The translations under genes were made by a program, and so were the position numbers. A DNA stretch of 64,000 nt from NCBI GenBank assembly GCA_016185615.1, contig JACPNE010000005.1, positions 33,622 through 97,621 on the forward strand. The letters run 5' to 3'. Of the stretch, positions 27,992 to 37,395 are shown piece after piece. Within the stretch, counting starts at the first letter, position 1; every line of letters begins with the position of its first letter. The notes below the pieces were generated by a model, which was not told where the DNA came from, searched no databases, and saw nothing but the letters and a program-made list of their open reading frames with translations. The stretch is from Candidatus Woesearchaeota archaeon (GTDB lineage: Archaea; Nanobdellota; Nanobdellia; SCGC-AAA011-G17; JACPNG01).

Positions 27992-29449
27992 TTAATCAAT
28001 GCCCTGAGCCTTTTGCAACTTTCCGGAATAGTCAATATAGATGGTTTTAGTCTCTGAAAATTCATGTATTCCCTCTATTCCAGCTTCTCTTGTTCCATTT
28101 CCGGTTCCTTTTACTCCCCCAAATGGAAGATGAACTTCTGCTCCTATTGTGGAAGAATTAACATAAGTTATCCCAGCTTCAACTTTTTCAATAAATTTGA
28201 ATGCGTTTGCAATATTCTCAGTGTAGATTGAGGAAGATAATCCATATTCAATATCGTTAGCAACATCAATTGCCTCGTTTAAGTTATTTACAGAAATTAT
28301 AGACAGGGATGGACCAAATATTTCTTCTCTAGCAATTTTTGCTTTTGGAGAAACATCAGTAAATATTGTTGGTTTGTAGAAGAAGCCCTTTCCTTTTATA
28401 ATCTCTCCCCCGCATAATAGTTTACCCTCTTTTTTTCCTATTTCTGTGTATTTGTGTACTTTTTCAATTGCAGCTTTATTAATTAAAGGACCAACATCTG
28501 TGGATTTTTTTAATCCATTTCCTAATCTTAATTTTCTTACCCTTTTTAACAATTCATTTTCGAATTTCTTCTTTATTTTTTTATGAACTATTACTCTTGA
28601 GGCAGCCGTACATCTTTGTCCTGTGGTTCCAAATGCCCCCCACACTATTCCATCTATAACTAAATCTAGATTTGCATCATCCATCACAACTATTGGATTT
28701 TTTCCCCCTAATTCTAGCCCAACCTTTTTTATTCCTGCATTTTTAGCTATGAATTCTCCAGTTCCCTTATTACCTGTAAATGAGATTGCTCTTATTTCTG
28801 GATGTGTAACCATTCTTCTTCCTACAATATCCCCTGTGCCTGTAACTAGATTAACCACCCCTTTAGGAATTCCGGCATTTTCCAGGATTTTTACCAATTC
28901 AATAGCACATAAAGGGGTGTCAGAACTTGGTTTGAACACAATTGTATTTCCACAAACTAATGCCGGAGCTAATTTCCATGCCGGAATTGCAATTGGAAAA
29001 TTCCAAGGGGTAATTAATGATACAATTCCCAGGGGTTTTCTTACTGTCATACAAAACTTATTTTTTAATTCACTTGGAGTTGTGTTTCCAAATAATCTTC
29101 TTCCTTCTCCAGCCATATATTCGAAAATATCAATAGCCTCTTGTACATCTCCAAGCCCTTCTTTAAGGACTTTACCCATTTCTGTTGTTACTAATCTTCC
29201 TAATCTTTGCTTATTCTTTTTTAGTAATCTTGATATTTCAAATAAAATTTCTCCCCTTTTTGGAGCTGGAGTTTCTGACCATTCTTTAAATGCATTTTTA
29301 GCAGATTCTACAGCTAAGTCAACATCTTTCTCATTACTCTGCTGAAATTTTCCCAATGGTCTTTCATTTGAGGGATCTAAACTTAGAAATGTTTTTTTAG
29401 AATTTGATTCAATCCATTTACCATTAATATAATTTTTATATAATTTCAT
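27992..29449 (-). CDS. NAD(P)-dependent aldehyde dehydrogenase
   Basis: Catalytic motifs LELGGKNP and FGTTGQRCTA, EEIFGP, typical length of about 485 aa. Confidence 0.85.
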   Translation of the reverse strand: MKLYKNYINGKWIESNSKKTFLSLDPSNERPLGKFQQSNEKDVDLAVESAKNAFKEWSETPAPKRGEILFEISRLLKKNKQRLGRLVTTEMGKVLKEGLGDVQEAIDIFEYMAGEGRRLFGNTTPSELKNKFCMTVRKPLGIVSLITPWNFPIAIPAWKLAPALVCGNTIVFKPSSDTPLCAIELVKILENAGIPKGVVNLVTGTGDIVGRRMVTHPEIRAISFTGNKGTGEFIAKNAGIKKVGLELGGKNPIVVMDDANLDLVIDGIVWGAFGTTGQRCTAASRVIVHKKIKKKFENELLKRVRKLRLGNGLKKSTDVGPLINKAAIEKVHKYTEIGKKEGKLLCGGEIIKGKGFFYKPTIFTDVSPKAKIAREEIFGPSLSIISVNNLNEAIDVANDIEYGLSSSIYTENIANAFKFIEKVEAGITYVNSSTIGAEVHLPFGGVKGTGNGTREAGIEGIHEFSETKTIYIDYSGKLQKAQGID

Positions 29450-29497
29450 ACTACCCCTTTTTATTTGATATAACTAGAACTAATTTAAAGGTTTTGT

Positions 29498-30295
29498 TTA
29501 ATTATTACTAGTTGTTGATTTCTCAACTGGGCTCTTAATTTTCCATCCATCTATATCAAATCCACCCATATTAATAAAAACATGTTTCACAACTTCTTCA
29601 AAGCTTTTTATCATTTTATCTTTACTTTTTATTTTTAGAGCTTCAATAAAAAGTTTAATAAATAGTTTATCTGAAAACTGATTCTGTAAGTATTTCTCTC
29701 TTGTTTTTCTCTTTGTAAATAAATCATAAACTCTGGAAGAATCAGAAATTGGATATTGTACATATTTTGAATAAGTCTTGTAAATCTCATTAAGGAAATT
29801 ATAATAAATATAATAAAAATCAATATTGTCTTTAGAGTAGTTATCTCTTAAGTTATCTAAATTATCCCATAATTTATATTTTTGTATTTCTAAATTTATT
29901 TTATCTAATTTTGAGAATTTTCTTTTTTTATATTTCCAAGCTAAGATTTTTAAATCTTTAATTATTCCTTGATAATCGAAAAGAGTCTTTCCTGTAATAA
30001 ACTGATTATAGGACATACAATGATTACCTTTGAAATCTTCTTCAAAATATTTTTTTATTTGTTTTGGTGGATTGGCAAAATATTCTATAAGAAATCCATC
30101 AATAATTTTATTTCCTCTTTCTCTCCAGTTTAATTTATCTGAAAGAATTATATGAACATCTATATCAGAATTCTTGCTTGGTTTTCCAGTAACATAACTT
30201 CCACAAACTAATGCACCTATAACCCCATTTTTATTTTTCCAATCAATCAAAAATTTATTTACAGACTTTTCCCATTTCTTCATCTTAAACACCAC
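29498..30295 (-). CDS. Nucleotidyltransferase-fold protein (KNTase/aminoglycoside-NT-like)
   Basis: GSYVTGKPSKNSDIDV is the GS...D.D pol-beta NTase motif, followed by a helical C-terminal domain. Confidence 0.55.
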   Translation of the reverse strand: MVFKMKKWEKSVNKFLIDWKNKNGVIGALVCGSYVTGKPSKNSDIDVHIILSDKLNWRERGNKIIDGFLIEYFANPPKQIKKYFEEDFKGNHCMSYNQFITGKTLFDYQGIIKDLKILAWKYKKRKFSKLDKINLEIQKYKLWDNLDNLRDNYSKDNIDFYYIYYNFLNEIYKTYSKYVQYPISDSSRVYDLFTKRKTREKYLQNQFSDKLFIKLFIEALKIKSKDKMIKSFEEVVKHVFINMGGFDIDGWKIKSPVEKSTTSNN

Positions 30296-31182
30296 AATAT
30301 TATAGATTTTGCACTGAATAGCCTATTATGGGCTTGATCAAAAATAATGCTTTGCTTTCCATCCATTACTTCATTTGTAACTTCATATCCTCTTTGTGCA
30401 GGCAGACAATGCATAAATAATGCATCTCCCAATAGGTTTTTGTTTATTTGATATGACTTGAATATTTTTACCCTTTTATTTTTTTCTCTAGGATTTATAT
30501 GATAACTCATCCAAGTATCTGTATATACAATATCTGTCTTGATTTTTCTAGGTTTATTCTCTATGACAACTTTTGAATTGTTTTCTTTAGCGAATCTTAT
30601 AGACTCTTTAATAAAAGATTCTTTTGGCATGAATTGTTTTGGACAAAATATATAGATATTAATTCCGACTTTTGAGCAAGCATGCATTAATGAATGAGTT
30701 ACATTTCCATCCCCATCCCCATAATATGCTAGAGTCAATCCTTTTAATTTTCCGAATTTTTCTTTTATAGTCATTAAGTCTCCAATAGCTTGGCAAGGAT
30801 GGTCTGAATTGCTTAGTGCATTTATCACTGGAATGGTTGAATTAGAGGCTAATTTTTTTAATTCATCATGCTCATAAACCCTGGCTGTTAAAAAATCACA
30901 ATATCTTGAGATTACTTTTGCTGTATCTTCTATTGTCTCCTTTCCTTTGGTTAATGGAGAACCCATTAAATCATAATATAATGCACTTCCACTCATTTGA
31001 TTCATTGCTACTTCAAAACTCACCCTTGTCCTTAATGACGGCTTCTCAAAGAACATCAGCATTGTTTTATTCTTTAATCTATTTGAATAAAGTCTTTGGA
31101 ATTTTTTTATCCTTAAACCTTTATTGACTAAATTAAGAATCTCTTTTCCACTTAAATCCCTTAATGTTAAAAAATGCCTCAT
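30280..31182 (-). CDS. Ornithine-carbamoyltransferase-like transcarbamylase with a non-canonical SMG loop
   Basis: SLRTRVSFE, HPCQ and HCLPA place it in the OTC/PTC clade. The canonical DVWxSMG reads DTWMSYH. Confidence 0.7.
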   Translation of the reverse strand: MRHFLTLRDLSGKEILNLVNKGLRIKKFQRLYSNRLKNKTMLMFFEKPSLRTRVSFEVAMNQMSGSALYYDLMGSPLTKGKETIEDTAKVISRYCDFLTARVYEHDELKKLASNSTIPVINALSNSDHPCQAIGDLMTIKEKFGKLKGLTLAYYGDGDGNVTHSLMHACSKVGINIYIFCPKQFMPKESFIKESIRFAKENNSKVVIENKPRKIKTDIVYTDTWMSYHINPREKNKRVKIFKSYQINKNLLGDALFMHCLPAQRGYEVTNEVMDGKQSIIFDQAHNRLFSAKSIILWCLR

Positions 31183-31694
31183 TTTAATATTTTATAATGT
31201 AGTTGGATTAAACCTTTATCTAATTTTTTTAGGTTTAACAATTTAAGTTTATTTTCGAAATTTAAATCTGAAAATACTTTAATTCCATTTCCTATGACAA
31301 ATGGCTCTATATCAATATAAATTTCATCTATCAGATTATTTTTCATAAATGAAGCATTTAATTTTCCACCTCCGGCAACCAATGCTTCTTTAAATCCTTG
31401 AATCTCCAATAAATTCAGGGCTTCTTTTGGAGATTTAACAACAAAATGATTTTTATTCTTTGTTTTCAGGCTTTCATTTTTAGTTACAACGATTATGTTA
31501 ATATCATCCATTTCAGAAAATTCTTTTTTGCTTTCCATTATATGATAAGTTCTTCTTCCGATTATCATATTACCTGTTCCTTTGATTGTGCTCAAGAAAC
31601 TCTTCCACTCTAAATTGGAGACAAAATTAGTATCATCATCACTTTTGGCTATCATTCCATTTATGGTAGTTGCCATATACAAAATTACTCTCAT
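31179..31694 (-). CDS. RibD C-terminal/dihydrofolate-reductase-like family protein
   Basis: MRVILYMATTINGMIA...IIGRRTY...GGGKLN pattern. Confidence 0.65.
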   Translation of the reverse strand: MRVILYMATTINGMIAKSDDDTNFVSNLEWKSFLSTIKGTGNMIIGRRTYHIMESKKEFSEMDDINIIVVTKNESLKTKNKNHFVVKSPKEALNLLEIQGFKEALVAGGGKLNASFMKNNLIDEIYIDIEPFVIGNGIKVFSDLNFENKLKLLNLKKLDKGLIQLHYKILK

Positions 31695-32251
31695 CTTATC
31701 ATCTCCAAAACTTCCGGAATTTTGATTATTCCATCATTCTTAGTGAAATGACCTTTCTTTTTTTCAACTATTATTTTAGCGTTTAGATTTTTCTCAAAAA
31801 TCTCTTTATTCTCTTTAATATTTACAAAAGGATCATTATCTGACAAGAAAACAATCAAACTTTTTATTTTAGTTTTTATCCTGTTAAAGTTTATGGGGCT
31901 TTCAATCCAACTTTTAGCTATTTCTTCGGTTTCTTCATCTTCAAGATTCTCTAAATTAAACCAGCCAGCTACAAAAATAACTTTTCTGACTTTAATATTT
32001 GTTGATAATCTTTCTAGATATCTCATTATCGCTTGACAGCCAATACTATGACCTATAAAGTATACCCCTTCATCAAGATTTTTAATTATTTTATCTAAAT
32101 GTGATATCCATTCTTCAATTTTTGGTTCACTTGTATTTGGCATCTTTGGAATTATAACTTCAAATCCTCTCTTTTCTAATTCTTTTTTTAACCAAGGATA
32201 CCAATCAGACTTTGGAGTTCCATCCCAACGATGTATTATATAAATTTTCAT
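31691..32251 (-). CDS. Serine hydrolase of the YdeN/RBBP9 alpha/beta family
   Basis: About 186 aa, GHSIGC nucleophile elbow, WYPWL N-terminal motif. Confidence 0.6.
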   Translation of the reverse strand: MKIYIIHRWDGTPKSDWYPWLKKELEKRGFEVIIPKMPNTSEPKIEEWISHLDKIIKNLDEGVYFIGHSIGCQAIMRYLERLSTNIKVRKVIFVAGWFNLENLEDEETEEIAKSWIESPINFNRIKTKIKSLIVFLSDNDPFVNIKENKEIFEKNLNAKIIVEKKKGHFTKNDGIIKIPEVLEMIR

Positions 32252-33564
32252 CTTATTTTGAATCCTTTCAACAATTTTTCTAAATTTAATTTTCCTACTT
32301 CTTCTAATTCATAACTTACATTCACAATAGGCTTGTTTATTTTGATTAATCTTTTTAAGTTTACAGGACTTCCGTCTATCACAACATCACATTTGACTTT
32401 GTTTATTGTGTCTTGTAAATCCTTAATTTGCTTATTCCCATAACCCATAGCAGGAAGTATCTTCTTTAAATGTCTGTATCTTTTGTAAACTCCCTTTATT
32501 GAATTGACAGCATATCTTTCAGCATCTACAATTGATTTGGCTCTGTATTTCTTAGCTGCTACAGTTCCTGCTCCATAAGTCATTCCGCCATGGGTTAATG
32601 TTGGACCATCCTCAACAACCAAGACATTTTTATTTTTGATTAACTCTGGGTTATCTGCAGTAACTTTTGACTTAGCCATGATTATTTTAGCTTTTGGATT
32701 GATTTGCTTAATATTGTTTAATACCATTCTAATATCTTCTTTCTTTGCAGTATCTATTTTATTAACTATAATTACATCAGCCATCCTAAAATTAGCTTCT
32801 CCTGGGTGATATAATAATTCATGTCCAGCCCTATGGGGATCTAAAACAACAATGTGCAAATCCGGATAATAAAAAGGAAGATCATTATTACCGCCATCCC
32901 AGATTATTACATCAGCTTCTTTTTCAGCTTCTTTTAAAATTTCTTTATAATCAACGCCAGCATATATCACAATATCATTGTTTATCCATGGCTCATATTC
33001 CTCTCTTTCTTCTATTGTAACATTATTTTTTCTTAAATCACCATAATTAGCAAATCTTTGTATTCTTTGTTTGATTAAATTTCCATAAGGCATGGGATGT
33101 CTTATAGCAACTACTTTATATCCAAGATTTTTTAATATAACTCCAATCTTTCTAGAAGTTTGTGATTTCCCAGAGCCTGTCCTGACTGCACATACTGAGA
33201 TTAATGGCTTTTTGCTCTTGATCATTGTTGACTTTGGCCCCAATAAAACAAAATCTGCTCCATTAGCTAATGAAATAGATGCTAGATGCATTACATACTC
33301 ATGACTTACATCAGAATAAGAAAATACAACTTCATCAACTTTTAATTTCTTGATTAATTCAGGAAGTTTTTCTTCTGGATAAAAAGGAATGTCTTTTTTG
33401 TATAATCTTCCAGCTAATTCTTTTGGAAATTTTCTTTTTTCAATTCCAGGAATCTGGGCTTGGGTAAAAGCTACAACATCATAATTTGGATTATTTTTGA
33501 AATAAGTAAGAAAGTTTTCATAGTCTCTTCCAGCTGCACCCAAGATAATTACTCTTTTTTTCAT
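32248..33564 (-). CDS. P-loop protein of the cyclic-2,3-diphosphoglycerate-synthetase-like family (function uncertain)
   Basis: VIILGAAGRD..NF N-terminus and RTGSGKSQTS P-loop, as remembered for cDPGS-like proteins. Confidence 0.45.
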   Translation of the reverse strand: MKKRVIILGAAGRDYENFLTYFKNNPNYDVVAFTQAQIPGIEKRKFPKELAGRLYKKDIPFYPEEKLPELIKKLKVDEVVFSYSDVSHEYVMHLASISLANGADFVLLGPKSTMIKSKKPLISVCAVRTGSGKSQTSRKIGVILKNLGYKVVAIRHPMPYGNLIKQRIQRFANYGDLRKNNVTIEEREEYEPWINNDIVIYAGVDYKEILKEAEKEADVIIWDGGNNDLPFYYPDLHIVVLDPHRAGHELLYHPGEANFRMADVIIVNKIDTAKKEDIRMVLNNIKQINPKAKIIMAKSKVTADNPELIKNKNVLVVEDGPTLTHGGMTYGAGTVAAKKYRAKSIVDAERYAVNSIKGVYKRYRHLKKILPAMGYGNKQIKDLQDTINKVKCDVVIDGSPVNLKRLIKINKPIVNVSYELEEVGKLNLEKLLKGFKIR

Positions 33565-35049
33565 TTATAATTCATATATTCCTGAGTATTTTTTATTTAA
33601 ATATTTAATGAAAACATCCGGATTTAATCCTTCCTTGCATGTTTTCTTCATTATTTCTTCAGCTGTCATTGTATTTCCGTATTCATGAAAGTTCTTCCTA
33701 AGCCAGTTTGTCACATTATTAAAATTCCCATTTTCTATTTGAATATCTATATTCTTTATATCTTGTAACATTTTTTTGTATAATTGTGAAGCATATACAA
33801 CCCCAATAGCATAGCTTGGGAAGTATCCTATAGAAGCATGAGCCCAGTGAACATCCTGTAAGACTCCCTCTGAATCATTTTTTGGCTCTATACCAAGATA
33901 TTCTTCCATATTTTCATTCCATATCCCAGGCAAATCTTTTACTTCTATTGAGCCATCTATTAATCTACTTTCAAGCTCAAATCTTAGAATAATATGAAGA
34001 CAATAGGCTATCTCATCTGAATTTATCCTTATTGGATCTTTTGTTATCTGATTAACATATCTATACCAATCTTCAAAATTCATATTTAGTTTAAATTTTT
34101 TATTAAACCTTGGAAAGTAATACTTCCAGAAAGGTTTGCTTTTTCCTATTATCTCTTCCCAAAATTTTGACTGGGATTCATGTGCACCAAATGAAGGGGC
34201 ATCGTAAAGAATTGTGTATGAATACTTTCTGGGCATGTTTAGATCATATATTGCGTGCCCCGCCTCATGCAATACAGATAGAATAGAAGATAATCCCCCA
34301 TGATTAAAATTAGTAGTAATTCTAACATCATCTAAACCAACAATTTGAGAAAATGGATGGGGGGAGATATCAATTCTGCTATTACTCTCATTTAAACCAA
34401 TTCTTATAGACATATCTTTAGACAGAATCTTTAGTTTTTCAGGGTCGAAATTAAATTCTTTTTTTCCAATATCATCTTTGTATAATCTGGTTTTTTCTAT
34501 TTTTTTATGTAATGGAACTAAATCCTTTTTAAGCTTGTTAAATATCGGCTTTAATTTTTCTGTTGTCATTCCATCTTCAAACTCATCTAACAAACTATTA
34601 TATGAGTGACCTTTTAATCCTATAAAATTACTTTCTTGTTTCTTTAATTCAACTATTTTCTTTAGATAGGGCTCAAATCTTTTGAAGTTATTTTTCTTTC
34701 GAGCTTCTCTCCAATGCATTGTAGCCAATGTTTTGGTTTTTGATAATTCTTTTACAAAACTTTCAGGCAATTTTCTTTTCCTTTCTACTACTCTATTTAA
34801 TTTATCAACCAATATTCTATTAACTCCTTTTAATTTAGAATTTTTTAAATTATTTAATACTCTAAATAAATTATCTGAAGTTATTTTTTTATGGATTAAT
34901 TCAGAAATAAACGCAACTTGCTCAGCTCTTGACTTAGCACCATCTTTTGGCATATATGTTTCTATATCCCAATCCATCAAATTTTCTATATAACTTAATA
35001 GAATGATTTCTTTTTGATATTTATTTAATAGATTAATTTCTTTTTTCAT
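33565..35049 (-). CDS. M32 carboxypeptidase (Taq-type)
   Basis: LMDWDIETYMPKDGAKSRAEQ, HEAGHAIYD (HExxH), HESQSKFWE. Confidence 0.8.
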   Translation of the reverse strand: MKKEINLLNKYQKEIILLSYIENLMDWDIETYMPKDGAKSRAEQVAFISELIHKKITSDNLFRVLNNLKNSKLKGVNRILVDKLNRVVERKRKLPESFVKELSKTKTLATMHWREARKKNNFKRFEPYLKKIVELKKQESNFIGLKGHSYNSLLDEFEDGMTTEKLKPIFNKLKKDLVPLHKKIEKTRLYKDDIGKKEFNFDPEKLKILSKDMSIRIGLNESNSRIDISPHPFSQIVGLDDVRITTNFNHGGLSSILSVLHEAGHAIYDLNMPRKYSYTILYDAPSFGAHESQSKFWEEIIGKSKPFWKYYFPRFNKKFKLNMNFEDWYRYVNQITKDPIRINSDEIAYCLHIILRFELESRLIDGSIEVKDLPGIWNENMEEYLGIEPKNDSEGVLQDVHWAHASIGYFPSYAIGVVYASQLYKKMLQDIKNIDIQIENGNFNNVTNWLRKNFHEYGNTMTAEEIMKKTCKEGLNPDVFIKYLNKKYSGIYEL

Positions 35050-35969
35050 TTTCTTATAATGGTTTTTCTCATTTCTTTTATAGATTTTCCTGATGGACTT
35101 ATTGAGGTTATTACTACTTGTTTTCCTCCTTTCTCTATGAAATGAATAGCAGCCTTTATCTTAGGGCCCATACTTCCTTCTGGAAATTGGCCTTCTTCAA
35201 AATATTTCTTAGCATCTTTTAAGTTTAAATTATCTAAGAATTTTTGATTTTTTTGTTTGTAATTAATGGCTACTCTTTCAATATCGGTTATTATAATAAT
35301 CTCATCAAATTTTAATGAAGATGCTAAACATTCAGAGGCTAAATCTTTGTCAATTACAGCTTCTATACCAATTAGATTATTTTTGTTTTTATGGATAGGA
35401 ATTCCACCCCCACCACATGCTATTACTATAGATTTTTTATTCACTAAACTTTTTATTGTATTACATTCTATAATTTCCAATGGTTCTGGACTAGCAACAA
35501 CCCTTCTGTAGCCTTGCCTTGGATCTTTTTTTATCTTGTATCCTTTTAACTTATTAATCTCATTTTTATTATAAAAAGGACCAATAAATTTTGTTGGATT
35601 TCTGAAGGCTTTATCTTTTTTATCAACTAATACTTGGGTAAGAATTGTTACAACATCTCTTTTTATTTTGTTCTCTCTTAATATATTAATTAATTCTTTC
35701 TCTAATAAATATCCTAGCCACCCTTGGGATTCTGCACCAATAACATCTAAGGGCATCTGAGAGAATTTATTCTTGGCTAACTCATTTTGGATTGCTAATA
35801 TCCCTACTTGAGGACCGTTCCCAAATGTTATAACTATCTTATTATTCTTTATTATTGGGAGTAGTTGTTTGTACGTATTTCTTATATGGCTAATAAGGGA
35901 AGAATAATCTCCATTCTCACCCTTTTTTAGTATAGCATTCCCACCCAATGCTATTAATATCTTTTTCAC
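35046..35969 (-). CDS. arcC: Carbamate kinase
   Basis: ILIALGGNAI, GNGPQVG, ACGGGGIP motifs. Confidence 0.85.
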   Translation of the reverse strand: MKKILIALGGNAILKKGENGDYSSLISHIRNTYKQLLPIIKNNKIVITFGNGPQVGILAIQNELAKNKFSQMPLDVIGAESQGWLGYLLEKELINILRENKIKRDVVTILTQVLVDKKDKAFRNPTKFIGPFYNKNEINKLKGYKIKKDPRQGYRRVVASPEPLEIIECNTIKSLVNKKSIVIACGGGGIPIHKNKNNLIGIEAVIDKDLASECLASSLKFDEIIIITDIERVAINYKQKNQKFLDNLNLKDAKKYFEEGQFPEGSMGPKIKAAIHFIEKGGKQVVITSISPSGKSIKEMRKTIIRK

Positions 35970-36041
35970 ACATTAAGAAGCATTTTATTCTTTATATTTG
36001 TTTTCTGAATTCTTATTAGAAAGTTTTATAGGTTTTACTGG

Positions 36042-36338
36042 GTGGTTAAAAATATGGGAAATACAATATTATGCAAAACTGAAGATGAAAAGGCTTATGG
36101 ATGGTATAGGTTTTTTGATGGAAGCAAAGTCCCATTCCATGGAGTTACTTGCGATATTAATTCTCTTGTTGTAAATATGAAATCTAATGCTTATCTTTTT
36201 GAAGAGCCATTTGATATTGAAACAAAGGTTCCAGAAATAAATTTTGGGAGTTTGGATAAATCTCTTTTTGGATTAATTAGTATAGATGAACTAAAAGAAG
36301 TTAGACAAGCTTTAGGATTATCTGAAAATAGTTCTTGA
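36042..36338 (+). CDS. Hypothetical protein
   Basis: The ORF caller starts at GTG 36042. The ATG at 36054 lies about 27 nt downstream of the TATA-like ttttata (36024-36030) and is the more likely start. The stop TGA lies within the flanking direct repeat of the adjacent cassette. Confidence 0.4.
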   Translation: MVKNMGNTILCKTEDEKAYGWYRFFDGSKVPFHGVTCDINSLVVNMKSNAYLFEEPFDIETKVPEINFGSLDKSLFGLISIDELKEVRQALGLSENSS

Positions 36339-36345
36339 TAGGCTT

Positions 36346-36395
36346 TGTGTAAATAGTCTCAGTTGTGTAGAAAGTAATCATCTTGTGTAAAAAGT
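36346..36395 (+). repeat. Three direct copies of the 12-mer TGTGTARAWAGT at the left end of the cassette
   Basis: tgtgtaaatagt (36346), tgtgtagaaagt (36364) and tgtgtaaaaagt (36384), spaced 18 and 20 bp apart. Confidence 0.75.
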
Positions 36396-36598
36396 CATTT
36401 TCTTAATTTTTTTCTATAATAATCTATAGAATATGCAGCCATAGACCAACAGACTAATAATGCCATCCAAATAGAACCAATTAGAGAGATCCAAAATAAG
36501 AATCTTATATTGTTTAATTCAGAAAATCCTAATCCAATTAAGAAAATTCCTAAAACATATAATGGTTGGTTCATCTTTGGCAAATTTATGTCTGGCAT
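36395..36598 (-). CDS. Small 2-TM membrane protein (cassette cargo)
   Basis: Two hydrophobic helices followed by a basic tail (YYRKKLRK). Confidence 0.4.
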   Translation of the reverse strand: MPDINLPKMNQPLYVLGIFLIGLGFSELNNIRFLFWISLIGSIWMALLVCWSMAAYSIDYYRKKLRK

Positions 36599-36618
36599 TT
36601 TAATTTATCCTGTACTTT

Positions 36619-36816
36619 TCATTTTCTTTTATTTTTAAGTGGTTTAGGTTCATATTCCAACTTTTTTAAAAGTAATTCATTCACTACCTTGTTAATATCT
36701 ATTTTCTCATTACAAATCGGACAAGGAGATATTTTACCTTCTCTAATCCTTTTATAACTCATACTCATTCTTCTACCACAATTAGGGCATTTGGTATCTC
36801 TAAATCTCTTCGTCAT
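36619..36816 (-). CDS. Zinc-ribbon small basic protein (cassette cargo)
   Basis: CPNCG...CPIC, four Cys residues, and a Lys-rich tail. Confidence 0.45.
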   Translation of the reverse strand: MTKRFRDTKCPNCGRRMSMSYKRIREGKISPCPICNEKIDINKVVNELLLKKLEYEPKPLKNKRK

Positions 36817-36850
36817 TCTTCTTAAATATTATCTTATCTATTGATATTTT

Positions 36851-37144
36851 CTAAGGATAGTCTATACAATGATTATAGTTATTTGGTTTACATCTCCATA
36901 CTCTATTTATTATTTTAATCCACCCATAAAAAAAGCCATACTTCTTAATTGCAATTAGTCCATAATCAGAACATGTTGGATAAAATCTACATTTACTACC
37001 AAGTTTGTTTAACTTTGGAGATAATCCTTTCTGATGAATATTGGTTATGAACCAAATAGATAATTCAATTAAAATATTACTTTCTTTTTTCATAATAAAT
37101 GGTTTCTTTATTAACATCTTTTGAATTACAGTTTGGGCATTCAT
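36851..37144 (-). CDS. yidD: YidD-like membrane protein insertion efficiency factor homologue (cassette cargo)
   Basis: LSPK...CRFYPTCSDYGLIAIKKYG...RVWRCKP...IDYP parallels bacterial YidD ISP...CRF.PTCS.Y...R..RCHP...DPVP. The true start is probably an internal Met at 37117 or 37093. Confidence 0.6.
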   Translation of the reverse strand: MNAQTVIQKMLIKKPFIMKKESNILIELSIWFITNIHQKGLSPKLNKLGSKCRFYPTCSDYGLIAIKKYGFFYGWIKIINRVWRCKPNNYNHCIDYP

Positions 37145-37340
37145 CCAATTCTCTTTGTTTCTGCCTTAATCCACCCACTAAAATACCAATAGGATTACAA
37201 CAACATGCACTTGCTTGTATCATGTCCTTTCCTGATTCTGTTAAAGTTTGAGATGTTTTCTCAGAAGGAAGATAATGCCATATCTTACCACACTGATTAC
37301 ATTTACATTTAATCTCTTTAATAATTTCTTTTGCCTTCAT
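37077..37340 (-). CDS. Zinc-ribbon protein (cassette cargo)
   Basis: CKCNQCG...CPNC. Confidence 0.4.
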   Translation of the reverse strand: MKAKEIIKEIKCKCNQCGKIWHYLPSEKTSQTLTESGKDMIQASACCCNPIGILVGGLRQKQRELDECPNCNSKDVNKETIYYEKRK

Positions 37341-37395
37341 TATATTTTAACAACTCTTTTCTTATATAAATGAATTGTAAGTGATATGACTAAAA

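Noticed and set aside
28623-29345. A 240-aa ORF on the plus strand inside the aldehyde dehydrogenase gene.
   Set aside because: It is antisense to a strongly motif-supported ALDH. The translation is low-complexity and rich in Pro, Ser and Phe, as is typical of shadow ORFs in AT-rich genomes.
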